From the NCBI GenBank assembly GCA_020536535.1, contig JAHLWZ010000800.1, forward strand, positions 62,001-126,000: DNA of 64,000 bases, written 5' to 3'. Under the pieces are notes generated by a model. It did not search any database, had not been told where the DNA came from, and saw nothing but the letters and a program-made list of their open reading frames with translations. Source of the stretch: Pelomyxa schiedti. Taxonomy: Eukaryota > Protista > Evosea. The translations under genes were made by a program, and so were the position numbers. Shown one piece after another: positions 36,229 through 48,134 of this stretch (positions within the stretch are counted from its first letter, which is position 1; each line of letters opens with the position of its first letter).

Positions 36229-37490
36229 GTGATGGGACACAATAAACCAACGAGAGCAACAACTGAGGTAGACACAGGAACGTCGTTATTGGTGCCTCCA
36301 AGTGTGGTGACAAGTGCGTTGTTGGGTGGGACACTGGGGGAGGTGACGACAGCAGCAACAGGGGGAACAATGGTGGTGACAACAGGGGCAACAAATGTGG
36401 TGAGTGCTTTCAGTGGGGCAGGGAACGGCATGGTGGTGGTGCAGCAGTGAAATGTGTGGTGGCTGCCATGGGGGGAGCTACAACATTGGTGACAAGTGTG
36501 GCAACGGGTGTGGCGACGACTGCGGCGATGGGTGCGGCAACGACTGTGGCGATGGGTGCGGCGATGACTGTGGCGACGGGTGTGGGGATGAGTGCAGCAA
36601 CGACTGCAGTGATGGGTGTGGCAACAAGTGCCAGGATGGGTGTGACTGGTGGGATGAGTGCAACAAAGGGTACTTCAACTGGATTGCTACCAACAGGTGC
36701 CACACACACTACTACAGTGTTGTCCCCTTTAGCTAACAAACAATCAGCAGCACCTGCTTCCTCTCAACCAAAAAGAAAAATACCCCCAAAATCAACAAAA
36801 AAACCTTCAAAATATAAAACTAAAAAACCCAAATCTTCACAAACCAAAAAACCCAAATCTTCAAAATCAATTCAGCCACCAGAACCTAAAAAACCTAAAC
36901 ATTCACATGCTCTTCGTGTACCACATAGACATGCACCCTCAACCTCACTTCAACATTTTGGATCACCAAGGGATTACCCTGTTTCCAGCTTGGATGATGA
37001 AGCCTTTTCATCAGAAGATGATGGTAATGCAGCCTTGATTTTATAATAATATTGTATAGATGTCATAAATGTTGATAGTGACAACTCTGGTGATAGAAAC
37101 TCATCAAGTTCTTCTTTGCTGATGAATCTCTTGTCATCATGTCACGCATGGCTGAAGTCTCAAGGTTATAAAGCAATTGCCACTGCCTTGAAGACTTCCA
37201 TCAACACATGTGCATCTCACTGGCCAAAGAAAACTTTTCAGGCAAACATAGCCAAGGAAGTGATGGTTTCAGAGTGTTTGTATCACCTTTGGGATGCTCT
37301 CTCAACAAAGGTCAAAACTGAGTTAGATCAGGAAGTGGATGTGTTGTGGTGGCCACATGTCACACAGACCTGGACAATCAGGAGTATCCTTGATGATCTT
37401 GTGTCTGTTTTGCATTTTGCATATGAGTGGCTGCACTGTGAAAGGCTCTCTTCATCAGACACACACAACACTTGGGAGTGCTTATTGTGA
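36229..37490 (+). pseudogene. Decayed ORF inside the TIR element (low-complexity, Lys-rich and helical segments); not a recognisable transposase
   Basis: Consecutive ORF pieces 36229-36450, 36447-37046 and 37116-37490; last piece is rich in W/C/H, as expected from CGN codon decay. Confidence 0.45.
36500..36631 (+). repeat. Minisatellite, 11 x 12 bp with a 24-bp higher-order unit, consensus GGCGACG(AC/GG)TGC
   Basis: Units ggcaacgggtgt, ggcgacgactgc, ggcgatgggtgc, ggcaacgactgt, ggcgatgggtgc, ggcgatgactgt, ggcgacgggtgt and so on. Confidence 0.9.
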
Positions 37491-37885
37491 CAAATAGTGG
37501 CTTTAACTGGCCTGTCAGCACTGTTAAATATTGAGTTAGATTAAGAGCAACATAAAAAAAAGTTTTTTTCTTGTGGTTAACCCTGGGCGGTGATTTTACT
37601 GACTGGCTTATGTGCTCAACCACCGCCCGGGGCAGTGATCCGATTTGACTGCAAAAAGTGCATCATCACCGCCCAAAATCACCGCCTGGGTGGTGATTTT
37701 GGGCGGTGATGATACACTTTTTGTAGGGAAAAAAATCACTGCCCACTGATCCAGATATGCCAACCAGTGCTCTACCCAGTTAAAACCTTTAACTTGGTAC
37801 CAAGTTTCCTTAACCTTTAACTGGGTTAACTGTTAACTGGGTTTTTTTAACTTGGTAATGGGGTTTTCTGTGAAAAAAAAATGTG

Positions 37886-39917
37886 TTATTCCTCATTGTC
37901 CAGCTCTTGCGTTGCAGGTGGTGGTGCTTGAGGGAGTGGCTTGTAATTAAAAATTTTCTCAAAGTTGTAGTGTATGAAGACAAGCTTCTCTGTCAGAGCA
38001 GGGTCAAGAGCATTGCGGTAGGAGTTGTGCACATAACCTTCCCAGGAGAAGACCCTCTCACAGTCAGCTTCTGTTGCAGCCACACCACAAAGCAATATAG
38101 CTAATTCTGAAAGGAATGGAGAAATAGCCAAAGATGCCAGCCAGTAGTTTGAGCAAGTGAGACCAGTCTTTGCACACCCAAGTTGTATTGGATCAGTCTT
38201 GGACACATGCTTGGATAGCTGAGATGTAAGTTCAGCACGAGGTACCTTGCTAGATACTGGTAGCAGACCACGCTTCATCCATTGGGGGTACTTCTCTGCA
38301 ACTAATGTGAGCATCTGCATACTTCCCTTGGAAAAGGTCTCTGCCTCAAGATTTTTACCCAATCGGGCTTTGGGCATTAAACAGCGGGTAAAATCAAATA
38401 TCCTTGATGCCTCAAACTTGTGAAGCATCTCTTTCATGACAGCTTGCACAGGCACTGTCGAATCAGGCCACTGCTGACAGATTTTGTTGGAAGTACTGAG
38501 TAATTTCTTATAAGCTATAGCGGCATCAAGGAGATGACCACCATCACGCTGACAGATGTCTACAGCAATCCGAAATGGTTCCAATAATGGCATTGCAAGG
38601 TCAAGGCCAGTGGGCACTTGCTCATTCAGAAGTTTCAAAAAGCGTGAGAGCTCATGTACCCTTCCACAGATAATTGGATTGGCATAGAAGTTCTATGCCA
38701 ATCCAATTATCTGTGGAAGGGTATAAGCATCTTCTTTGGTTTTGGTGGTTTGGATGGTTTGGAGAGATCTGAAGGGTCAGAAGGTTCAGGAGGGTATTGG
38801 AGTTGGATATCATTCAGTTGTTTTCGTTTCTGCTTGTGAATCTTAAAATTAGAAGCAATGGCATGACACTGAGTGACAATGGCATTTAAAGGAGGACATG
38901 CAGCAAGGATTTTTGCTTGGGTGAGTTCCAGGCAATGTGCCATGCAACGCACAGGAATTACTGTGGGATGAGATTCAATGGCTGCTTTTAACCCCTTTGT
39001 TTCAGCATGCTCATTATCACAGGTTGCACCAACAACTGTGGTTGGGGATGCCTCTGGAGTATGTTTTAAAACAAATAATGAAACAGCAATGATACCAAGC
39101 TCAGTAAAACACTCAGAAATCAAATGGGTATAATCCTCAGCATATGTGCTGTTGTTTCCCAGGTTTTTGAGTTTCCAAAGGTAAGATTCCACCTACTGTG
39201 ACACAAAACGCAATGAGCTTGTTGCCTGAAATGTCTTTGCCACCATCAAAAGTCACAGCCACAGCTTCATGAGCTGCCACAAACTCAGTGAGGCCTTTCC
39301 GAAGCCAATCATACAGTAGATTAATCCAAGCATGAATCTTTTCGATTTTAACATCCTCCATACATGATATTAGTATTTACTAACCTTTTCAGGTGATGCC
39401 CCATAAATCTTCTCAGGGCTCAGGATACGACGGAAATAAGGGGAAGAGAGCATGGAAAAGGGAAGTCCAAGCATGGCAAATGCTAAAGCTACCTGTGCTG
39501 CATAAGGATGTTGGTGGGAAAAGGGAAAACCAACATCAAGTTGATTTTTGCTAAGTCCGGGTATCCTGTCACCAAGAACTGCTTGGACATACTTGTCGAT
39601 TGTTTGTGTTGCTGTTGGTGTTGGTTGTTGGGACTTTTTGACAAATTTATGTGCTTTTTCCAAGTGGTAACTATTGCCGGTTAGTAAATAATTGACTCGC
39701 GCTCCTTTTCCCTCTTCCTGGGGCCTCCTTTCCCACATATTCACCCCGCCACACTAAAACAGTACCCAAGAGTAGAAGTGCCTGCACTCAAGGCAAATGG
39801 CTTGTGTTTACACTTTGGGGCAGAGGGGTCAGCTCGATAATTGCACTCCCAACCACCAGGGGTCTGTTGGAAATATTGCTTGACTTCGGACGTTGCAGCA
39901 GGTCCTCGTTTTGACAT
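37886..39917 (-). pseudogene. hAT transposase (BED finger, DDE core, dimerisation domain), disrupted
   Basis: BED SEVKQYF..C..C..GTSTL..YHLEKAH; VTFDGGKD, TCDN, RCMAHCLEL, LLEPF, ATEADCERVFS..RNAL..LVFIHYN; apparent frameshift near 39190 and MITE insertion at 38659-38721. Confidence 0.9.
38659..38721. mobile_element. 63-bp perfectly palindromic MITE flanked by a TA duplication
   Basis: TA-CCCTTCCACAGATAATTGGATTGGCATAGAA-G-TTCTATGCCAATCCAATTATCTGTGGAAGGG-TA; removing it plus one TA restores the transposase frame. Confidence 0.85.
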
Positions 39918-40101
39918 GCTACCAGTACTAACGCAAACACCGAAGAGATTGATTTTTCTCAGAAAATTTTTGCTAAGGGTTTGTTTAACTGGGTTGGGAT
40001 CTTGGTTAACTCTTAACTGGGTTTTAACTTGGTACGGTTAACCGAGGGAGCACTGCTTTTAACAATACTGTTCGGACATACTGTGGGTACATGGTTGTTG
40101 G

Positions 40102-42010
40102 TTATGGGATGTCATGCGGAATGATGGGGGAATTATCAGTGGCCATTGTGCTGGTCATTTTTTCAGCAAATGAGGATTCCCACTGTGATTCGTGTGTGAG
40201 GTGATGCTGGTGATACAGGCGTGACAGGCTGGTAGCCCGCTGCACCAGGTCGAGGTGTGTGCCGTTTGATGCCATGTGCCACCAGGCCAGCTTGGACAGT
40301 TCAGCGGGGCACAGGCAGAGAGGCTGGGCGTCGGATTCGGCGAGGGAATTGGCTCCGTTCATGCAGCACTGCCACCAGACACAGTGAGCAAGGCCTATTA
40401 CGTGGCCTACTTCGTGGTAGACAAGCTGCAATATTCGCCGTAGAAACTCAGGGAATGCGGGCGACTCCGGCGCTATCTCGTCGTAAAACGGCATCAGTGG
40501 TTGGGCACTCGCTGCTGCGCTCGGTTCTGCCGTGGTTGTGGTGGTGGTTTGTGAGCCAGGAGTACCAAAGCGGGGGTGGTATCGTGCAAAAGAAAGAGCA
40601 CATGTGCGGATAACAGGGTCACCTGTGTGAAATTGTATTAGGACAACCATGGAAAATTCGGAAGGAGGAGTTACCTGTACCAAACACCCAGCCTAGATTA
40701 AGGGCGAATAAGTCAATCATGGTTATTCCAACAACGCAATACGAATCTTTGGTGTGAAAGGGTTGAAGGCCCGCTACAAAGTCGTCAACATTTGCTCTGG
40801 GAAGATTTGTCTTCTTCGATGTTTTGAGTCGAACACCTTTGATATCTGCCACAAAGGTGTCAGTGTGGTGGTATTCCATAAAGATAAAAATATACCTTGC
40901 AGCATCAGAGCTTCTCCCAACTCACATTCACAGAGATAATATGCTTCAAAAAATTGCATTACCAACTTCAAATATACAAGGGGCGATCCAACAGAAGGAT
41001 CCAAAATTGGTAAAAATCTAATTTTTCGCCGACTCTCCACGCCAGGGGTGGCAACCCCGCTATCAAGGGCCAGTATATATTCCTCTAGTGATTGCCCAAG
41101 AGGTTCCTTGTTCAAATAAGAAAGTTTTTGGTTGTAAAAAGTGGAACCTTTGCCCAGCGAACTGCCATAAGTGAAAGCCAGTCATCGGGACCTGGAGGAG
41201 TCTGTATAGGAATGTGAATGAAAGCTCCGTATAACGGTGCTTACTTTGACAGTGTACAAAGAGTTCCATAGATCTGGTTGCCTCAATGCTGATAGTTGAC
41301 GTTGTAACGTTGGAACGAGGCACTGATACCACCCTTCCTTTATTTCAGGTTGACAACTAACAGCAGTCTTCAAGCGTTCCAAATCAGGAACCACAAACTC
41401 CGGAGGTAGTGCAGTCCTATTCCTGTTCTCACAAAAACAGAAACAACGTGAAGTCAGAGAAAAACAAGTACCCAGTCAAGTAACAAAACTAAAACAGTAT
41501 TATTAATAGAATAATAAGACTAGGTTTTTTTCCTTGTGGAAAAAAAAGAAAAAAAAAAGCAAACCCAGCAAACCTATAAACCACAGTAGCGGCAGGAGAA
41601 GCCACGTGCAAGAATTGATCCAAAGACAGAATACTTGTACACCCCGGCACGGGGCACTCCACCGCGTCGGGCTCCGATCTGCCCTCAACATACTTCGAGG
41701 ACAAATGTGAATCCCAGCACTCGGAGCAGCACCAAGTACAACAGCAGCAACGGCATAAATTGCACACAAGATCGCACGAGCAAGAAGGCTGCGCTGCACC
41801 ATCGCCGCCTGTTTCCCCCGTCGATCTGAGAGATCTAGAGACACACTCACATGACTGCGAAGAAGATGAACACGAAGATTCTGCTGTATCGGACGATCGG
41901 TTGGTAGGGCGAAGATTCGGGTGCAAATGCAGACCGGCGGGCCGGACATGCGCCCCATTGAACGACTCTGTACTGCTCTTTTCCTTACCACACACTGCGC
42001 ATTGCCACAT
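40102..42010 (-). CDS. Archaemetzincin (peptidase M54) with an N-terminal RING-like Cys-rich finger, multi-exon
   Basis: HEVGHVIGLAHCVWWQCCMNGANSLAESDAQPLCLCP, PGPDDWL, EPLGQSLEEY, VVGITMIDL, WVFG, SFARY; N-terminal CAVC...CCSECWDSHL...ECPVPGC. Confidence 0.85.
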
Positions 42011-42265
42011 CTTGAAATATCACGACGTATTGCCGACCGTTATTTTCTGGAAATGCTGCGACGTGCGATGAGCGCCAACAACAACAACCAATTTAGTGAA
42101 CCAATTGAGCCACTCGCACCAATTCCTCCTTTGCGCAGTCCATGCGCGTGCTCTAAACTAGGACTCCCAGTTACCGCCTGCTGCCCCCAGACAGTCGAAA
42201 ATTCCTCAGATCTCTTACACCAACCCAATTTCGCGGAGTGTTGCTATTATTCATTCTTCGACGCT

Positions 42266-43713
42266 ATGAGCGGGGCGCCGCCAAGCACGAGCACGAGCAC
42301 AACGGGTACTTCGACGGCGGCGAGCGGTTCGACGCCGGGAGGCGGGGCGACGCGGGGGCCGATGGGCAGCGCGCTGGCGATGCGGCGGGCGCCGACCAAG
42401 ATCAAGCTGGCGCCGCAGAAGAAGTACGGGCTGCTGGTGCCCAAGGGGTTCGAGCGCGACGACGGCACGACGGTGCTGCCCACGGAGCGCACGGCGGAGG
42501 AGATGAGGCGCATCGAGGCACTGGAGAGGCAGCGTGTCAAGGAAAACAAGTGCCGTGTACTCTGCCCTCATTCTGTTATTGCTTTTTCTTTTGTTTTGTT
42601 TTGTTTGTTTGTTTTGTTTGTTGTTCCCTCAATTGTTGTTGTTGTTGTTTTTGTTTTTGTTTTTTGTTGTTATGTTCGGTTTATTTCGCTTGTGGGTTTC
42701 TTTTAGGAAAAAAACAAAACCTTTCTGATTTCTCCTGTGAATTAACTTAACTTTATAGGATTGCAGAATTGCAATGCGCTGAGGCACTAAGGCAAGACCC
42801 CACGGTTTACGAGTATGATTCGCTGTATGACGAAATCAAGGCTAGTAGTGCCAGGCCCAACGTACGAGACAGTGAAAGTGGTGGACCAGGTTCAAGAAGG
42901 GCCCCAAAATACATGGGCTCTCTAAAAGACATGGCTGTGAAGAGGAGGCAATTTCTTGATGTGGCCTTTGTAAATAAAATCAGAAACGAATCTGCAAGGG
43001 ACAAAGCAGTCTATGGTGAAACTGATGCATACATAACACAGTCATACAAGGATCATCTCAAAAAAAACCAGCAGTGGATAGAAGACGATGCACGTGCCGC
43101 TGCAGGAGACCAGAATGATCCCTCACAATTGGATATGACAAGATTCTATACCACACTTCTTACAAGAAATGAAGCATTTGGTGCCACAGGAAGGCCGGTC
43201 AAAAAACCAACGGCAGCTTCAACCACAACCTCAACCACAACTGCAACCTCAACAACAGCCTCCGAACAACAGAAAAGAAATGCTGCTGCAATACTTGCCG
43301 ACGCAGACAGAGAAGAACAGGCTGATGTGTGTGCTGCCCTAGAGAAAGAGGACCGAGAGAGAGAAGAGCGTGAATTGCGCGAGATGGAGGAGCATGACCG
43401 CAGGGAGGCGCGGAAAAGGCAACAAGAAACAGCAAAGGCTACCGAGGAGCAATTCCAGCGTGTTCAAGAAGAGAAGCGGGTAGCCGCAATTAAGGAGCGG
43501 GAGGAGCTTGTTACAAAAGTTTCAAGGAGGACATCCGAAGAAGGAATCAGTGCTGCCAAAGAGCGCTATCTTGCCAGGAAGGCCCAGCTACAACGCGAAC
43601 AGGGGTTGTATGGCCCCACACAAGCCCCACCATCAACAGAAGCAACACCAGCATCAACTCCAACAGCAACAAACACCTCTGCAGAAACCACACACCCAGA
43701 AACACAAGAGTAA
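42266..43713 (+). CDS. NSRP1: Nuclear speckle splicing regulatory protein 1 (CCDC55/DUF2040), two exons
   Basis: KKYGLL, ALRQDPTVYEYDSLYDEIK, PKYMGSL, AYITQSYK, ISAAKERYLARK. Confidence 0.9.
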
Positions 43714-43905
43714 AGACACCAGAACGGGAGCTTCCTTGTGGGTGTTGTTTGTGTTTAAACATGTTTGCCTTGGTCAAACAAAAGAACAAAACAGTGAAAA
43801 TTTTGTGCATTGCAAGTCTCAAGTAGAAAAAAAAGACTTAAGTTTTTTTCCTTGACGGGGATGATTCCCTTCTTTCCTACATCAATCGGTGCTGTGTAAT
43901 GTTGC

Positions 43906-46098
43906 CTAGTTCTCCTCGTCATCATCATACTCTTCCTCTTCTTCGTCATCATACCCATCCTCTTCCTCTTCCTCTTCCTCCTCTTCCTCTTCTTCTTCCT
44001 CTTGGGGACCATTGTTCCTGGCTGCTTTGGGATTTGAGGATTGTTTCTTGTTTGCAGGTGATGACGAGTATTCTGGTAGATATGTGCTGAGGATTTCATT
44101 AGCTTGCTTCTTCACTTCGCCAGATGTATGAGACACCAGTGCCATGAAATTGGAGGCCCGACGGCATTTTTTCAGTTCCTCAACATACCTTGGTCCAAAA
44201 CCAAAAGCTATCTCAACCGCCTGGTATTTATTAGAATTGGCGTGGGGATGGAACATAAGGTACTCTGAGGATGTTCATAAGCAGCTGGTTGCTTGCCAGT
44301 GGGACAATATTACATATTTCATCGAAGACTTTTAACGTCAGCAGAGCGCTATGGTGGCAGTCCAATTAAGTGCAAGAGTAAAGTGTCATTCACTACTCAC
44401 TCAATGAAGATTTTTTTCCCACAGCAAAAAATGTTTGTTACAGCCCAACAGGCCTCACATCTCGTATCATTATCAGCAGTTCTCATGCATTTTACAAGTG
44501 GCTTGAAAATGTCATTTTCATACATTGCTTCTACTTGATATCTACAAAAGAAATTTAAGAATGACTGAAGTTGATACCACCAAAAGCTCACCTGGTTCCA
44601 CCAGCTATATTGGATAACTGTAGATGGTTAATGTTAACCAAGTCTCAAGTAATCATACCAACCAACAGGCATTCTTTTTACTCCGGGGGCTTTTTAAACT
44701 GCATGCCATCACCAAACTGAAAAAAGAAACCGAGTACATACAGCTGGTACATGACAGGAAATATCCCCGCATCAATGACTGCTTGCGTTTCTTCATCACT
44801 GAAAGGAAGACGTTGAGGAATATGAGATTGAGTGAGGCAATGTGCTCACCTTCCAGAGCAAAAAGATCCCAGAGCTCTCAGTGATGGATTTTGTAAGTTG
44901 ATATTTGCAGTCTACTTCAGTGAGAAAGGAAAATATATGGATACAATAAACCGCAAGTAGAGCAACAAGGCTTGTGCAGACACCAGCCTGAAGGAGTGCG
45001 TGTGTCATTTGAGGACTATTCTCAGACAGGTAGGACACAGCCCTTATGGTACAGTGATGGTAAGCCACTTGGTTTGAAGAACAAGAACAATGATAAAGAG
45101 GAACGTACCACGCCATATCTGTTACTGTGTCAATGTCATCATGACCAAGGAGAACTTTGACAGTGGGCAAAGCTTGATTTTGATTGGCGTTATGGTTTTA
45201 CCCACTAGGATAGCAGATACCAGAATAGAATTGGTCAGGCTTTGGGCATGGCTTTTGCCTGCAAAGATTTGAGAAAGTCCAAGCCTTTTCATGTAAGCCA
45301 CACAGGTGTAAAAAGAGACAAGTACCGCATTACGGAGCAATGAGATAGGGCACGTTGCATAAGAGTCTAGCATTGCAATTACCGGAGGGACAGCACCCAT
45401 GCTGAGCACATAGTCTCGCATGGTTGCATTGGTGCCAGCAATGTTTCCTAACCCCCAGACACACTACAGGATGAAATGTTGGAAAACGCAGGGAAGGGGA
45501 GGGTACCTGTTCACGCAATTCATCATCACCTGAACTGAGAAGGCCAACAAATGCAGACACCGCCCCAGCATCGATAACAACTTGAGATTGCCGTTCATTC
45601 CCACTTGCCACTACAGAGAGTGGCAAGTAAAACAAAAGAGCTAAAATTCAAGGGGAAAAGTAAGTACCGTTTGTTATCGCCCATGCTGCCTCGAATTGTA
45701 GTTTTGGGGTTTCAGTCTTCACAGTGAAATAAGTATCAGAAGAAGGAGGAAATAAGAGAGCACAAGTACCCGTGTCAAAAAGTCAACTAATCTTGGAACC
45801 ACACCAGTTTCAATTACTTCTTGTATTGGAGGGTTTTTCTCTAAAGCAATAATGAAAACCAAAAGAAAAAGAGTGAGTGACATCTTGTCGCATACCAATG
45901 GACAACAGCTGGCGTAAACGCACAGTAGCAGGAAGGTGCCGGGACAGGTCTTCTCCCATGCACGCTTCAGCAAGTTCCGCAATGCTAGATCCCTACACTG
46001 ACTTAAAACAACGAACCGGCGAATAAGCACGTCATTTGCAATGGCAGAGATCTCGGCAGTTGTGCGTGTGAACTCACCTCATACTCCGCCTCCGTCAT
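43906..46098 (-). CDS. KPNA: Importin alpha (ARM repeats), apparently lacking the IBB domain, multi-exon
   Basis: [71 protein letters not shown]; acidic tail. Confidence 0.9.
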
Positions 46099-46297
46099 CA
46101 CTTGTGCGCCGTTCACGGAATGCAGTCTTCTGATCAACAGCCGGGAGCTCTTGAATCAGCATACTTGGGAGAGGCTCACAGTACCCTGGAAGGACCTCCC
46201 TACACTGGCGGCAGTGCAATTGGCCCCCACTCTCATCCTCCCGTTTGGGTCCTTGTTGAAAAGGGAATTTTCCGATGCTCTAAATTGCAATTTAGAA

Positions 46298-48053
46298 ATG
46301 ACCAGGAAGAAGGGCAACAACCGACGTCAATGCGCCAAGAGCAGCGCGCCCCGGTCCCCAACTCCGGCCCCAACTCCAACCCCAACCACGACGGCGCCAA
46401 CGCCAACGCGAACTCCGGAGCCTTCATCTTCTGCTACAACTACTACTACTAGTAGCAGTGCGTCTGCCGCTACCTCCTCCACTACAGCTACAACAACAAC
46501 GACATCGACTAGTACAACAGAACCCACAGCCGTCTCCGCGACGCTCCCCACGGCGACACCCGTCGCGGCGACCTTGGCCGAAGGAGCCGCTCTCACCGCC
46601 AGTGCTGCGCCCGAGGTCACGATGGTTTCTCAGAAGTTCATGTACACGGAGCTGTACGCCTGGGAGTTCTCAGTCCCTCTCAGAGTCGGGATAACCGTTC
46701 CCCCTGACAAAACAGAGGACAGACAATTGTGGGAGCACGTGGCACCACAAATAGCCTCGTGTTTGGGAGTGGCTGAGGATGAAATGCCACCATTTGACCG
46801 AATAAACATGGTGTACTGTGTTGCAAATCCTTCTCCCAGAAGACTGGTACCTGGTGCTCCAATCACACTCAAGCAGTTCGATCAGAATAATGGCTTTGTC
46901 AAGATTGAGATGCTGGAAGCGCAGCGCCAGTCCGATTCGCTTAGCGGCTTGCTAAAGGCCACTCGTAGGAGAATTATAGCATTCCAATTGCCACTAAAAG
47001 TTCAAATAGATGCAGATTTACATGGCCTACAACAAAAAAATGCAGACCTTCAAAAGCAGTATGAGAACTGTTCGCAACATTTTGCGGTTAAGGTTGTGCC
47101 TTAAAAAAGTTTCAGACCTTAGTAAAGTAACCACCTGTTAAAGGAGAAACAACAAAAAGATGTTATGTCACAGGCTATGGTATCATGCTATGTTTTACAC
47201 TGAACAAATATTAACTGTCAACGAATAGAAAAATAATGCCTCACTAAAACAAAACCAAAAGGGTTACCAGAAAGAACTGAAGGTTCTCACTGCTCCTTAA
47301 ATTGGTTCTCATCAAAATAACAGAATTCGCGGGTTCAAATCACTCAACAAGAAGAGGCATATGCAAGATTGATGCTGGATCTGGACAAAAAGGTGGCTGC
47401 TGCCATTGCTCCGCTGGAAAAGGAGATAGCCGACCTCAACGAGAGGGTGACCACCCTTGAAACTGAAAACGCCGACCTCAAGAGTTCAAACACCAAACTC
47501 CACGAGAGGGTGACCACCCTTGAAACTGAAAACGCCTCTTTGAAAGCCAAAATTGAGGTACTTAATCTTTTACCATTGCATTGAGAAGTTCACCTAACCC
47601 GGCTAAATGGAAAGCATTTCAATGTGAATAATCTGGTGACTGCGGTATTAGCAGAGGCACGAACAAAGGTGGCTTTAGCGGTCGATTCTTCAAGTCGGGC
47701 AGAAAAATGTTTGCTCTTAAGCTTTATGTGTTGCCAACCTAATCAAATACAGACTTAGATGTTTGGGTTAATCTTCCAGAGGCCTGTATGGCCTGCTGGG
47801 ATTCCCTTTATCCCGACAGCTGGGTCTCTTATGGAGAACTGTTACGCATGAAGACCGTGCGTAATGCGGAGGTGACAACCCCTAAAACCTACGTTCTTCA
47901 AACAACTTGTAGTACCACAGCCTTAACTACGCTGACGCAACTGAGGTATTGGCCGAAACCACAACATCCCTAACTCCCCACCAAAAAATCTTAATCCAAG
48001 GCCTACTGGGTGTCCTCTTTCGCGACGAAATAGAAAAGGCCAAACGAACATAA
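46298..48053 (+). CDS. Hypothetical coiled-coil protein with a Thr/Pro-rich N-terminus, multi-exon
   Basis: Long first exon from MTRKKGNN; heptad exons LNERVTTLETENADLK; stop TAA at 48051-48053. Confidence 0.6.
47439..47536 (+). repeat. Exact 35-bp direct repeat with 63-bp period (three heptads) within a coiled coil
   Basis: ACGAGAGGGTGACCACCCTTGAAACTGAAAACGCC at 47439 and 47502. Confidence 0.9.
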
Positions 48054-48134
48054 CAAAAAAAAAAAAAAAAAAAAAAAAGACGAGATCTTCGTTTATTCTT
48101 CACTACATAAAGAGAAGGAGTGGGGCCGTCAGTG

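Larger units (their letters stand above)
35968..37761. mobile_element. Non-autonomous or decayed TIR DNA transposon (~1.8 kb), superfamily unassigned
   Basis: TIRs GGCATATCTGGATCAATGGGCGGTGAT(T)nCCC at 35968-36004 and the reverse complement at 37726-37761 (2 mismatches, 1 indel); about 12 GGGCGGTGAT-type motifs confined to the ends; no TSD found. Confidence 0.85.
37765..40055 (-). mobile_element. hAT-superfamily DNA transposon (~2.3 kb)
   Basis: Termini CAGTGCTC (37765-37772) and GAGCACTG (40048-40055); subterminal TTAACTGGGTT / TTAACTTGGTA motifs at both ends; internal hAT transposase. Confidence 0.92.

Noticed and set aside
36500-36631. Regular repeats considered as a CRISPR array
   Set aside because: Tandem units with no unique spacers, eukaryotic context and no cas genes.
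36404-36736. Cys-rich [11 protein letters not shown] resembling a metallothionein
   Set aside because: It is an alternative frame of the 12-bp minisatellite inside a transposon.
38657-38723. Hairpin considered as an intron or terminator
   Set aside because: No GT-AG boundaries give the frame-restoring deletion on the coding strand, and there is no U-tract. TA-flanked insertion explains it better.
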